64,000 bases of DNA from a bacterium (GCA_043819515.1 JBDRES010000069.1:35722-99721); one strand, 5' to 3'. Counted from the stretch's first letter, positions 40,834-51,573 are shown. Made by a program: numbers and translations. The notes: generated by a model from the sequence alone, not told the origin.

Positions 40834-40876
40834 TCCAATGTTCGGTGATTGCCCCTGTCTGCTTGAGCCTCACCCC

Positions 40877-41482
40877 CTACCCCCTCGGCCTCTTTAGCCT
40901 TTCCTCAATGATGAAGCGCGCGCCGCGGACGGCCAGGCCGCGGTGGGAGACACGGTTCTTTTCTTCGAGGGTCATCTCCGAAAACCGTTTGTCGGCGTTG
41001 GGATAATAAAACACCGGATCGTAACCGAACCCCTGTCGGCCGACCAGGTCCTCGGCGATGTAGCCCTCAGCCTTGCCCTCGACCGTGTCGGTCGTGCCGT
41101 CGCCCCAGTCGATACAGATCACACAGCGGAAGCGTGCCGTGCGCTTCTCGGGCGGGATACCTTTGAGATCACTCAGCAGTTTGCGGTTGTTGTCTTCGTA
41201 AGTGCAGCCGGGTCCGGCGTAGCGCGATGAGAATACGCCCGGCGCGCCGTCGAGAGCGTCGACCTCCAGCCCGCTGTCGTCGGCCAGCGCCGCGCAGCCG
41301 CAAAAGGCCGCTATCTCATGCGCCTTGATGAAGGCGTTCTGTTCGAGAGTGGTGCCGGTTTCGTCCGGGTCGGGAAAAGAATCAAAGTCGGCGCTAGTCA
41401 GTATCTCGACCGGCAGGTCGGCCAGGACCTCTTTGATTTCCCGGATCTTGTCTTTGTTATTCGTCGCGAGTACGATTCTCAT
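40877..41482 (-). CDS. rdgB: Non-canonical purine NTP pyrophosphatase (RdgB/Ham1 family)
   Basis: MRIVLATNNKDKIREIK...FGYDPVFYY family motifs. Start chosen at M12 (MRIVLATNN). The alternative start is 41515. Confidence 0.85.
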   Translation of the reverse strand: MRIVLATNNKDKIREIKEVLADLPVEILTSADFDSFPDPDETGTTLEQNAFIKAHEIAAFCGCAALADDSGLEVDALDGAPGVFSSRYAGPGCTYEDNNRKLLSDLKGIPPEKRTARFRCVICIDWGDGTTDTVEGKAEGYIAEDLVGRQGFGYDPVFYYPNADKRFSEMTLEEKNRVSHRGLAVRGARFIIEERLKRPRG

Positions 41483-41637
41483 AGATGGCCCTTGTCTCTG
41501 TTTGTTGAACCGCAAGATATGCGTGGCCGGATCGGGAGCAAGTGAGATATTATGGTGTCACCCCGGCGTAGGCCGGGGTCCAGACATTGGTGGATGCGCA
41601 TTGCTCACGGATATATCTCGGCGCGGCCAAGTTGCCT

Positions 41638-41668
41638 GGATTCCCGCCTCCGCGGGAATGACGAATGT
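41638..41668 (+). repeat. REP-like palindromic hairpin repeat, copy B1
   Basis: GGATTCCCGCCTCCGCGGGAATGACGAATGT. Confidence 0.75.
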
Positions 41669-41742
41669 TGAAGGGCCTGAAAGTTGCGGATACGCTGAAC
41701 CGAGTTTGTGGGTGACAGACTCAGACGGTAGTATGGCGGTTG

Positions 41743-41778
41743 TCATCCCTGCGGAAGCAGGGATCCAATCTTGAGGCC
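41743..41778 (-). repeat. REP-like palindromic hairpin repeat, copy A2 (reverse orientation)
   Basis: TCATCCCTGCGGAAGCAGGGATCC AATCTTGAGGCC. The flank AATCTTGARG is shared with A1. Confidence 0.7.
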
Positions 41779-41789
41779 GAACGAAGAAT

Positions 41790-41820
41790 AGATTCCCGCT
41801 TTCGCGGGAATGACGAATGT
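41790..41820 (+). repeat. REP-like palindromic hairpin repeat, copy B2
   Basis: AGATTCCCGCTTTCGCGGGAATGACGAATGT, with its last 29 nt (GATTCCCGCTTTCGCGGGAATGACGAATGT onward) identical to those of copy B3. Confidence 0.8.
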
Positions 41821-41835
41821 AAGGGAACCTTCAGT

Positions 41836-41912
41836 CTCTGTAGGGCGAAGCCGTCTTCGGACCCGCCGGACTCGCAATGGCAGGTCTGAAGACAGATCTG
41901 CCCTACACAAAC
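41836..41912. repeat. Long imperfect inverted repeat (about 22-nt arms, 17/22 complementary) within the REP-rich intergenic region
   Basis: TGTAGGGCGAAGCCGTCTTCGG ... CTGAAGACAGATCTGCCCTACA. Confidence 0.5.
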
Positions 41913-42022
41913 CGCCTCGTGATAGTGGGGAGAAACGGCGGATCTCACTTCGTCGAGATCCGAGAAAGACTAAGTCTGTCAGGTCCCTAAGGGGATCTGA
42001 CCTACAAATCCACAAGAAGAAC

Positions 42023-42053
42023 GGATTCCCGCTTTCGCGGGAATGACGAATGT
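42023..42053 (+). repeat. REP-like palindromic hairpin repeat, copy B3
   Basis: GGATTCCCGCTTTCGCGGGAATGACGAATGT. Confidence 0.8.
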
Positions 42054-42064
42054 AGAGAAGGCTC

Positions 42065-42916
42065 TCAATACCTACTAATGTCCACCCGGGTGATGCCGTC
42101 GACGATTTGGCCGAGAAAGCGTGTGGCGACGGTTGAAAATCTCTCCGGCACATCGCTGACGAAGAACTTATGTTCGCCCATCGGCGCACGACCGCCGCCG
42201 TTGGCTTGGGTCGTGGCGGGGGAGAGGAGGCCGGCTTCGACGAGCTTCTTGCGCGCGAAGCGGGCGGTTTCCTCGCCACTGTCGATAAGCGTGACCTTGT
42301 CGCCCATAACCTCGGCGATGATGTGCTTTAGCAGCGGGTAGTGCGTGCAGCCCAGCACCAGCGTGTCGACCTCGACATCGAGCATGGTTTGCAGATACTC
42401 CCTGGCGATCAGCCGCGTAGCATCTCTATCGATGTAGCCTTCTTCCGCCAGCGGCACGAACAGGGGACAGGCCAACGAGAAGATTTTTGATTTGGCATCC
42501 AACGAGTGAATTATGCGGGCGTAGGCATTGGATCCGATGGTGGCGTTGGTGCCGATGACGCCGATGCGTCCATTATCTGTCTTTGCGACGGCTGCCACGG
42601 CGCCGGGTTCGATGACGCCCACCAGTTCGATAGGATAGTCACCCTTGATTTCATCCAGTGCTGCTGCCGAGGCCGAGTTGCAGGCGCAGATGATATACTT
42701 GACCTTATGTTCAATCAAGAACGCCACGTCCTGACGCGTGAACTGGGTGATGATTTCCTTCGAACGCCCGCCATAGGGCGTGCGGCCCTGATCGCCGAAG
42801 TATATGACGTCTTCGTGAGGCAGGATTTTGAAAATCTCCCGGGCCACCGTCAAACCGCCGACACCGGAATCAAAAATCCCGATGGGAGCGCTACTCTTGA
42901 CATCATCTTTGGTCAT
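42065..42916 (-). CDS. murI: Glutamate racemase
   Basis: IGIFDSGVGGLTV, YFGDQGRTPYG, ACNSASA and GCTHYP motifs, including both catalytic Cys regions. Confidence 0.9.
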   Translation of the reverse strand: MTKDDVKSSAPIGIFDSGVGGLTVAREIFKILPHEDVIYFGDQGRTPYGGRSKEIITQFTRQDVAFLIEHKVKYIICACNSASAAALDEIKGDYPIELVGVIEPGAVAAVAKTDNGRIGVIGTNATIGSNAYARIIHSLDAKSKIFSLACPLFVPLAEEGYIDRDATRLIAREYLQTMLDVEVDTLVLGCTHYPLLKHIIAEVMGDKVTLIDSGEETARFARKKLVEAGLLSPATTQANGGGRAPMGEHKFFVSDVPERFSTVATRFLGQIVDGITRVDISRY

Positions 42917-42933
42917 ATTGTATCTGCCGGTGA

Positions 42934-44448
42934 TCAGTTGTTCTCATACTTTTCCTTAAAGCGCTTGATGGCCTTGTAGAGCGATTCGGCCACCTGCTTT
43001 TGGAAACTGTCGGACTTAAGGAGTTTTTCTTCGTTCTTGTTCGAGATAAATCCGGTCTCGATCAGCACCGACGGCGTGAAAACTTGGTTGAGCACAAAGA
43101 ACCCGGCCTGATCAACACCCCGTGCCGGTATCTTGAGCTTGCGATTCAGTTCCTTGGCGACCATCATGGCAAAATCGTGCGATTCCTCCTGGAATTCGGT
43201 CATGATCATATCATTGAGAATGGTCAGGATCGGATCGAGTTCCAGATCGTCGGCAGTGTTGGCATCATCATCGGTTTCTTCAGATGTCCCTTCCTCACGC
43301 AGGAAGAATGAATTCTCAAACTGGGCGACGGCTCGGGCGGAGTCGTTTTTCGCCGGCGCCAGGAAGAAGACATTCCACCCGCTAACCCGCTTCTTGGGAG
43401 AGGCGTTGGCATGGATGGATATGAACAGATCGGCTCCGGCGTTGTTGGCGATTTCGGCCCGCTTCTCAAGCGAGATATAGGTGTCCCGATCGCGGGTGGT
43501 AACAATCCTGAATTGCTTGTCGGTACGCATCAGCTTGGCCAGCTCGCGCGAGATGGCCAGGACAACATCCTTCTCGCGCGTACCCCCCTGACCGATAGCA
43601 CCGTAGTCGCTGCCGCCGTGGCCCGGGTCGATCACGATAACGTCGATCTTGTCATCCGGTCCGACAATCTTGGGAGCCGTATCCTCCGGATTGAGATTGA
43701 AGTCGGCGTCGGCTATAGAGATTTGGATACGCGGCGGGTCGTAGACAAGTTTGTGTTGCCAGGTGCCGACGTTCTTTCGCAAGCGCATCGATATCTGTCC
43801 ATTGCCGGCTGACTGATGGGCCGTAAGCTTGTACATGTAGCGCCGGTCTTTGCGAGCCAGAATCTGGCTGGTGTTGATGCGAGCGTCGGTGATGGAAATA
43901 TTGAGCCAGTTGCCCTCGGTCAGAAAGACATCGTACCCCAGGGCGCCGGTCAGGAGTACTTCAATCAGCAAACCGTTGGCCTTGCCGTTGACGGCCAGGT
44001 CCAGGACATTGAAGTACTCGGAGTCGATGCGCAACACGTCGAGCATTTTGTCATACATAATGGTCTGACGTTGGACGCCATTCAGAAACGGAATGAACGT
44101 CTGGGCCGGGACAAAAAGTTGGCCGTCACGCAACTGGGCCGGGAAAGTCTGATTATAGACCTTGTCGTTGACTTTGAAGAAGGGGGATCCAAGAACAAAG
44201 TCAAAACGACAGGCGTCGCCAACGTAGCTGATCTTGTGGCCCATCAGTTCCCAGTCCAGGCGGCCACCCAGTACCTCGGCTATCTCCGAGAGTGACACGT
44301 AGGTGATTTCATGGTGCTGAAATGAGGACAGCTTCGATGTCCCGCCCGCCGTCACGATCTCGGTGGCCTCGGAGATCGATATGCCGGCGCCCAGCAGCAA
44401 AGCCAGGATAAGCGCGGCCAGGCGATATTGTCCGTCGAATCTCATCAC
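42934..44448 (-). CDS. N-acetylmuramoyl-L-alanine amidase (Amidase_3, AmiC-like with N-terminal AMIN-like domain)
   Basis: Signal peptide, an N-terminal beta-rich domain, then the VIDPGHGGSDYGAIG catalytic Zn motif and SIHANA. Confidence 0.8.
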   Translation of the reverse strand: MMRFDGQYRLAALILALLLGAGISISEATEIVTAGGTSKLSSFQHHEITYVSLSEIAEVLGGRLDWELMGHKISYVGDACRFDFVLGSPFFKVNDKVYNQTFPAQLRDGQLFVPAQTFIPFLNGVQRQTIMYDKMLDVLRIDSEYFNVLDLAVNGKANGLLIEVLLTGALGYDVFLTEGNWLNISITDARINTSQILARKDRRYMYKLTAHQSAGNGQISMRLRKNVGTWQHKLVYDPPRIQISIADADFNLNPEDTAPKIVGPDDKIDVIVIDPGHGGSDYGAIGQGGTREKDVVLAISRELAKLMRTDKQFRIVTTRDRDTYISLEKRAEIANNAGADLFISIHANASPKKRVSGWNVFFLAPAKNDSARAVAQFENSFFLREEGTSEETDDDANTADDLELDPILTILNDMIMTEFQEESHDFAMMVAKELNRKLKIPARGVDQAGFFVLNQVFTPSVLIETGFISNKNEEKLLKSDSFQKQVAESLYKAIKRFKEKYENN

Positions 44449-44909
44449 CGGTCTTTCTTGAGAGCCTGTTTCATGCGGCGCTCGGCGTCAGCTTTAGCAA
44501 TAGCCTGGCGCTTGTCATATTTCTTACGTCCGATGGCCAGGGCCAGTTCGATCTTGGCCAGCTTACCTTTGAAATAGATGGTCAGAGGAATCAGTGTCAT
44601 GCCGCGTTGTTCGGTCTGGACATACAGTTTGCCGATTTCTCGTTTGTGCAGCAGCAGGCGACGTGGCCGGAGGGGATCGAGCGCTTCGGTCGTGGCCATG
44701 CCGTAGGGAGAAATATGCAGATTTTTGAGAATCACCTGGCCGTCAAAAACCACGGCATGGGCGTCGGAGAGGTTCACCTTGCCGTCCCGCAAAGACTTGA
44801 CCTCGGCCCCCTTGAGTTCGATCCCGGCCTCAAAGGTCTTTTCAATATGAAAGTCGCGCCGAGCCTTGCGGTTGCGAACCACCACCTTGATGTCATCGGA
44901 TTCAGCCAT
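44445..44909 (-). CDS. smpB: SsrA-binding protein SmpB
   Basis: VVRNRKARRDFHIEKTFEAGIELKGAEVKSLR...YDKR C-terminal tail. Start chosen at MAESDD. The alternative start is 44945. Confidence 0.85.
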   Translation of the reverse strand: MAESDDIKVVVRNRKARRDFHIEKTFEAGIELKGAEVKSLRDGKVNLSDAHAVVFDGQVILKNLHISPYGMATTEALDPLRPRRLLLHKREIGKLYVQTEQRGMTLIPLTIYFKGKLAKIELALAIGRKKYDKRQAIAKADAERRMKQALKKDR

Positions 44910-45335
44910 AGCGGCAACGATAGGTCCCAAAGCCCCGGCAATCAAACAAAAATCGGAGTCAAGGGTCCGATCTGACGAAGTTCTATGCAGACTCCAGGCC
45001 GGACCACGGGCGAGATATTGCCCTATGTGTGCTATGTCCGAGATCCGTTAAGTAATTTATTGCCAGCCGGTTGCCAGGACAAGATTGGTCCTTCGGACAA
45101 GAAAGACCTTCGGGAAATAGTTGATCGTACTCGATGAACTGCCCCTCAGGGCTTGGTTTCGGCTGACAGGTCCGATAGCCGCGGCCTATCGGGGGGGAGC
45201 ATAAGATCAACGGACCATAGGAGATAACAGCCGCCTAACGGACATAAGCTCGGCTTGGCTGCAACCGCGGCTGTTACCTAAAGAAAGTCACCCCAAGTGC
45301 CGAAGTATAATGTAGCTATAGGGATTTAGTAGCCT

Positions 45336-45764
45336 GTGAGCAAAAAGCTTAAGGAAATGCCTGTGTCCCAGAAAATACAGACAACTACCGCTCGTGTTCT
45401 GGTTGTTGATGACGAACCGGAAATCACTGAGATAGTGGAGACCTTTCTCACCGAATCGGGCTACCAGGTTTCGGTCGAGAACACTCCCAACAATGCTGCC
45501 GCCCGGGCTCGTGAGTTTCACCCGGATGTTATCCTGTTGGACATCATGATGCCCGGCATAGATGGTTACAGCATTTGCGAGGATCTCAAATCCGACCCCG
45601 AGTTCGCTTCAACGCCCATTATCTTTTTGACCGGCAAAGATCGTAATGACGATATGGGTCGGTCATTCCGCAGTGGCGGCGACATGTTCATCAAAAAGCC
45701 GTTTTCCTGCGAACGGCTCTTGGAAATCGTCAACATAGTCCTGATGTCCACTGGAAAACGCTAA
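45336..45764 (+). CDS. Stand-alone response-regulator receiver domain protein (CheY-like)
   Basis: VLVVDDEPEI...ILLDIMMPGIDGY...IIFLTGK, with the phospho-acceptor Asp in LLDIMMP. No output domain. Confidence 0.75.
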   Translation: MSKKLKEMPVSQKIQTTTARVLVVDDEPEITEIVETFLTESGYQVSVENTPNNAAARAREFHPDVILLDIMMPGIDGYSICEDLKSDPEFASTPIIFLTGKDRNDDMGRSFRSGGDMFIKKPFSCERLLEIVNIVLMSTGKR

Positions 45765-45858
45765 GCGGCGGTCCCCCCAAACGACCGCCGTCTTTTGTTG
45801 ACATTTTTGGTGCACCGCACTATAATACCCGTATAAAGATAGAGGGACTCAAGCCGGC

Positions 45859-46449
45859 ATGAGAGAGATACGTCGATATAGCAATCGTCGGTTTTACGAC
45901 GCCCGAACCTCCAGCACGCTGACGCTACCGGAACTGGGTTGTCTGGTTCGTCGCGGGGCGAACCTCAGAATTGTTGATGTGCCGACCGGCGGCGACATTA
46001 CCCTTGAGGTTTACGGCAGAATCCTTATCGCGGAGTTGGCCGGGCAGGCCGACGGCACTAAGTCGACAAAATTACTGAAAGATACCATAATGCAAACAGG
46101 AGAAGCGTCCATGTCCATTCTAAAAAATACCATTCTGGCATCAATCGGTGTCATTCAGGTCACTAAAGCTAAGGCCGAGAAGGTCATTGATGATCTGATC
46201 AAGAAGGGTGAACTGGATAAGTCAGACCGCAAGAAGGCGGTCATGGAACTTCTGGAGAAGGCTGAAAAGTCGACGGCCAAATTCACCGACAAGGTGAGTA
46301 GTCAGGCCGGAAAGCTTCAGAAGGAAGTTGTTTCGGCTGTGCAGAAACTCAATCTGGCCAAGCAGACCGATCTAAAAAAACTCGAGGGCAAGGTTGATCG
46401 TCTGAACAAGGCAATCAAGAGTCTGACCGAGAAACTTGACCAGCAGTAA
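45859..46449 (+). CDS. PhaR-like (polyhydroxyalkanoate synthesis repressor family) DNA-binding protein with C-terminal coiled-coil/phasin-like region
   Basis: N-terminus IRRYSNRRFYDARTSSTLTLPELGCLVRRGANLRIVDVPTGGDITLEVYGRILIAE matches my recollection of the PhaR DNA-binding domain (KYPNRRLYDT.TS.Y.TL...G.D.T). The C-terminal part is Lys/Glu-rich coiled coil. Confidence 0.55.
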   Translation: MREIRRYSNRRFYDARTSSTLTLPELGCLVRRGANLRIVDVPTGGDITLEVYGRILIAELAGQADGTKSTKLLKDTIMQTGEASMSILKNTILASIGVIQVTKAKAEKVIDDLIKKGELDKSDRKKAVMELLEKAEKSTAKFTDKVSSQAGKLQKEVVSAVQKLNLAKQTDLKKLEGKVDRLNKAIKSLTEKLDQQ

Positions 46450-46488
46450 GCGGGTGGGCCGGCGCCTGTCAGGTGCGGTCGGATCAGC

Positions 46489-48504
<2,016 letters not shown>

Positions 48505-48561
48505 TTAAGTAAGTAACCTCGGCCGGGCGAGTCAATCATAGATCGTTGTCGGGCGCCGATG

Positions 48562-49104
48562 TCAATCGCCTTGATCGGCCGGGTTGGCCAGATGCTCACG
48601 GCAATACCTGCGGAAGGCAGCGATCTCCTGCCCGGCCAGGTCGTCAACAATTCCATCAATCCAGAGGGAGATAAGTCGGTGGTCCTGGTCGGTCTGGACC
48701 GCCACCCGTTCGGCGATCTGGAAACTCCGCGATGGCGTCGTTTCGGCAAACCGGATTTGAAGCAGGGCAGCGGCGTTGTCCGTGATCAGAGCCACCGGTT
48801 CCAGGCGCTGGCGAAAATCCAGCCATCTGACATCGGCCATTTCTGTTGGCGCGGGAAAAGCGAGCGCACCTGATTTGGTCCAGCGACGGCGAGGCAAGGC
48901 GACCTCAAGAAAAACCAGGCGACCCCGGCGTTCAAACTCCATCCGCAATTCGTCGGATTCCAACCAGGAAAAAAACGCGCGCTCGTGAGTGCAAGGTCCG
49001 ATCTGGACGTAGAGGGCGTCCTCTTCAAGCTGATAAAAACCCCGACCGGGTGGAATGGGCTCGGTCGGGGTCGAAATCTCCAGCTGTGGCAGACATAAAG
49101 GCAT
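48562..49104 (-). CDS. Hypothetical protein
   Basis: 180 aa with no recognisable motif. Operon position between ybgF and ligA. Confidence 0.35.
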   Translation of the reverse strand: MPLCLPQLEISTPTEPIPPGRGFYQLEEDALYVQIGPCTHERAFFSWLESDELRMEFERRGRLVFLEVALPRRRWTKSGALAFPAPTEMADVRWLDFRQRLEPVALITDNAAALLQIRFAETTPSRSFQIAERVAVQTDQDHRLISLWIDGIVDDLAGQEIAAFRRYCREHLANPADQGD

Positions 49105-49108
49105 GAGA

Positions 49109-49897
49109 TCAGCATTTCAACATCTTCAACTGTTCCTTGGCCTGTTCTGATTCCAGGGTGCCGTCGTGATCATCCACCAGGCGCTTAAACAACTCGCAGG
49201 CCTTGTCCTTGCGGTCAAGTTCCTGGTAGGAGCGAGCCAACTTGAATATGGCGCGACCGATATTGGGGGAGGCTTGGTAGGTCTTAATCAGAAACTCCAG
49301 CTCAGTGACAGCGTCCTGGTATTTCTCCATCGAGTAGTAGCACTCGCCGATCCAATAATAGGCGTTCTCGGCGAAGTCATGTTTCGGACAACTGGCTAAG
49401 AATTTTCTGAATCCTTCTATCGCGGCCTCGTACTCGCCCTGACGAACGTCCAAGAACGACTCATCATAAATCTCGGTACAGTCTACTCCCGGTGAATCAG
49501 TCACGTCGGTCCGCGGTTGCTCCTCTATTTCGGTGCTCGCCCCTGGTGAGGGTTTGAGGATCACCTTGGTCGGCTGCGACTCGATCTGCTGGATCTTGGC
49601 CATGAGCTGCTCGTTGCTCTCCACCAACTGCGCGATTTCATCGCGCAACTCACTCAATGTGGAGTTTACGTCGGCCCGCATTCGACTGTTTTCCTGAGCC
49701 CCGGCGGCAATAACAGAATCAGTCCGCGCCACCATCTCCTGAGTATGGGTGCTTTGGGATTCAAGGCGGCTGATATCGGCGCGAATGTCGCGGACATGCC
49801 GGCTGGTAGCGCAGCCACCGACCAGTAGTCCGACAAACAGAACCGCCATCGTTAAGATGGCGGTGTACATGTAGTTCCTAGACGTTAGCATGGGCAA
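49109..49897 (-). CDS. cpoB: Tol-Pal system lipoprotein YbgF/CpoB-like (coiled-coil + TPR)
   Basis: Lipobox LVGGCA, an N-terminal coiled-coil region (RADVNSTLSELRDEIAQL...) and C-terminal TPR repeats (AENAYYWIGECYYSMEKYQDAVTELEFLIKTY...). Lies immediately downstream of pal. Confidence 0.6.
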   Translation of the reverse strand: MPMLTSRNYMYTAILTMAVLFVGLLVGGCATSRHVRDIRADISRLESQSTHTQEMVARTDSVIAAGAQENSRMRADVNSTLSELRDEIAQLVESNEQLMAKIQQIESQPTKVILKPSPGASTEIEEQPRTDVTDSPGVDCTEIYDESFLDVRQGEYEAAIEGFRKFLASCPKHDFAENAYYWIGECYYSMEKYQDAVTELEFLIKTYQASPNIGRAIFKLARSYQELDRKDKACELFKRLVDDHDGTLESEQAKEQLKMLKC

Positions 49898-49910
49898 TTC
49901 CTGACGACCG

Positions 49911-50426
49911 TCACTGTGAGACGATCCTGAACTCGCCGCGGCGATTCTTGCCCCAGGCCGCTTCGTTATGGCCGGGATCCTTTGGCTTCTCCTTACCGTA
50001 GCTTATCACCGACAAACGACTTCCGGCAATACCGCGGCCGACCAGATACTCCATGACGGCCTTAGCCCGCTTCTCACCGAGCGACATGTTGTACTCAACC
50101 GTGCCGCGTTCGTCGCAGTGCCCTTCGATCTTGACGATGACATCGCCAAACTCAGCCAACAGCTCATAGTTGGCATCCAAAGCCGCCTTGGCGTCGGCCC
50201 GGAGGTTGTACTTGTCAAAATCGAAGTAGACAGTCTTGAGCTGCTCTACCTTGAGCTCCGGCTTTGGCGGCGGCGGGGGTGGCTCTTCAACAACAACAGG
50301 GGTTGTGTCAACCGGTGTTATCTCCACCGGCTCTTCCACCGGTACTTCCTTCGGTCCGCCACAAGACATCACCAACAGGGCCAGCAGAGCCAGACCCACT
50401 ACTCCGAGTAATCCCAAATTTCTCAT
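49911..50426 (-). CDS. pal: Peptidoglycan-associated lipoprotein Pal (OmpA-like)
   Basis: Lipobox LVMSCGG, a Pro-rich linker, then the OmpA-like domain VYFDFDKYNLRADAKAALDAN...IEGHCDERGTVEYNMSLGEKRAKAV. Confidence 0.85.
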   Translation of the reverse strand: MRNLGLLGVVGLALLALLVMSCGGPKEVPVEEPVEITPVDTTPVVVEEPPPPPPKPELKVEQLKTVYFDFDKYNLRADAKAALDANYELLAEFGDVIVKIEGHCDERGTVEYNMSLGEKRAKAVMEYLVGRGIAGSRLSVISYGKEKPKDPGHNEAAWGKNRRGEFRIVSQ

Positions 50427-50633
50427 TCTTCACCTTCCCTAAAAGGCTATATAAACACCAATTGTTACTTTCATACCTATAGTCTAGCTAATCTATCAAT
50501 ACTGTTTAACAAGGTCAACATTTAATAGATCATTAGGCCGCATTTTTGACTATCCCGCACCTAACTTTGCCGGTTGCGGACTGGGTATCGTCGGCCGGGG
50601 GCAAGGCCCCACCTTCTGTAGCTCATATTCGTT

Positions 50634-51521
50634 CTATACTAACCTCCCTTGGGCCACCGGCACCACGCTACCCCCCACTTTCACAACGATCTTCCCGCAC
50701 GTCTCATCGGCCTGGATACACAGCCGGGACGGCCGACCCATCTGGACACCCTGCTCAACAACCAGGGAGATCTTGTTTTTGTCCAGAACTCGGTGTTTTA
50801 CCAGGTAAGCGGCCAAACATCCGTTGGCTGATCCGGTAGCCGGATCCTCCGGGACGCCATAATAATCGGCAAACATGCGGACATTCAGATCGCAATCGGG
50901 ATCATGTGTCTGGCGGCAGTAAGTGAGGATATCTTTGCCGTCCAGAGGCTCAATTAGGGCTTCGCAGCGGGCCCGATCGATTCTAATCCTATCCTGAGCC
51001 TCAAGCGATACCAGTGGAGCAATAATCGTCCAGAAGCCGGTCGAGACCTCCTGAACAGGAGATCTGGGTTCCAGGTCGTCCGGTTTGAGCCCCAACACTC
51101 GGGCCACCTCGGCCCGGTCCAGCTCCCGGCCGAACGACGGGGGCAGTTGCGTCATGGTCAGCCGAGTTGGCTCTCCATCCGCAAATTCAAACGCTACCGG
51201 AATGCGACCGGCCGGGACCGCGAGCGTCACTTCGGTCAATTGTCCGTTTGATAGGTGCTGCCGGATAATATAGGCGGTGCCAAGCGTTGGGTGGCCGGCA
51301 AACGGCAATTCATGCTGCGGCGTAAAAATCCTGACCGGCCAGGCATCGTCTTGCGGGCTGTCGGCGGTTATGAAAGTGGTCTCCGAGAAATCGAATTCGC
51401 GCGCGATTTGCTGCATCTCGGCGTCGGTTAAGCCCGACGCATTCAATACCACGGCCAGTTGATTGCCGGCATACTTCTGCTGCGCAAAGACGTCGACGAT
51501 ATAGAACTTGTGATCGGCCAT
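50634..51521 (-). CDS. PhzF-family (phenazine biosynthesis-like) isomerase
   Basis: FYIVDVFAQQKYAGNQLAVVL...DAEMQQIAREFDFSETTFI N-terminal signature of the PhzF/YddE DAP-epimerase-fold family. Confidence 0.75.
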   Translation of the reverse strand: MADHKFYIVDVFAQQKYAGNQLAVVLNASGLTDAEMQQIAREFDFSETTFITADSPQDDAWPVRIFTPQHELPFAGHPTLGTAYIIRQHLSNGQLTEVTLAVPAGRIPVAFEFADGEPTRLTMTQLPPSFGRELDRAEVARVLGLKPDDLEPRSPVQEVSTGFWTIIAPLVSLEAQDRIRIDRARCEALIEPLDGKDILTYCRQTHDPDCDLNVRMFADYYGVPEDPATGSANGCLAAYLVKHRVLDKNKISLVVEQGVQMGRPSRLCIQADETCGKIVVKVGGSVVPVAQGRLV

Positions 51522-51573
51522 TGCTTCCTCCGGCGGATTCTCTTGACTAATCGCATCATGTCGACCGGCGTCG

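Noticed and set aside
41638-42053. CRISPR array
   Set aside because: The repeats are self-complementary hairpins, irregularly spaced (roughly 75-200 bp), present in both orientations and without uniform spacers. This is REP/MITE-like, not CRISPR.
44946-45335. tmRNA (ssrA) next to smpB
   Set aside because: Neither strand shows the tRNA-like 5' or 3' ends, or a plausible tag-peptide ORF ending in AA-stop within a pseudoknot context. The palindromes found fit simple hairpins.
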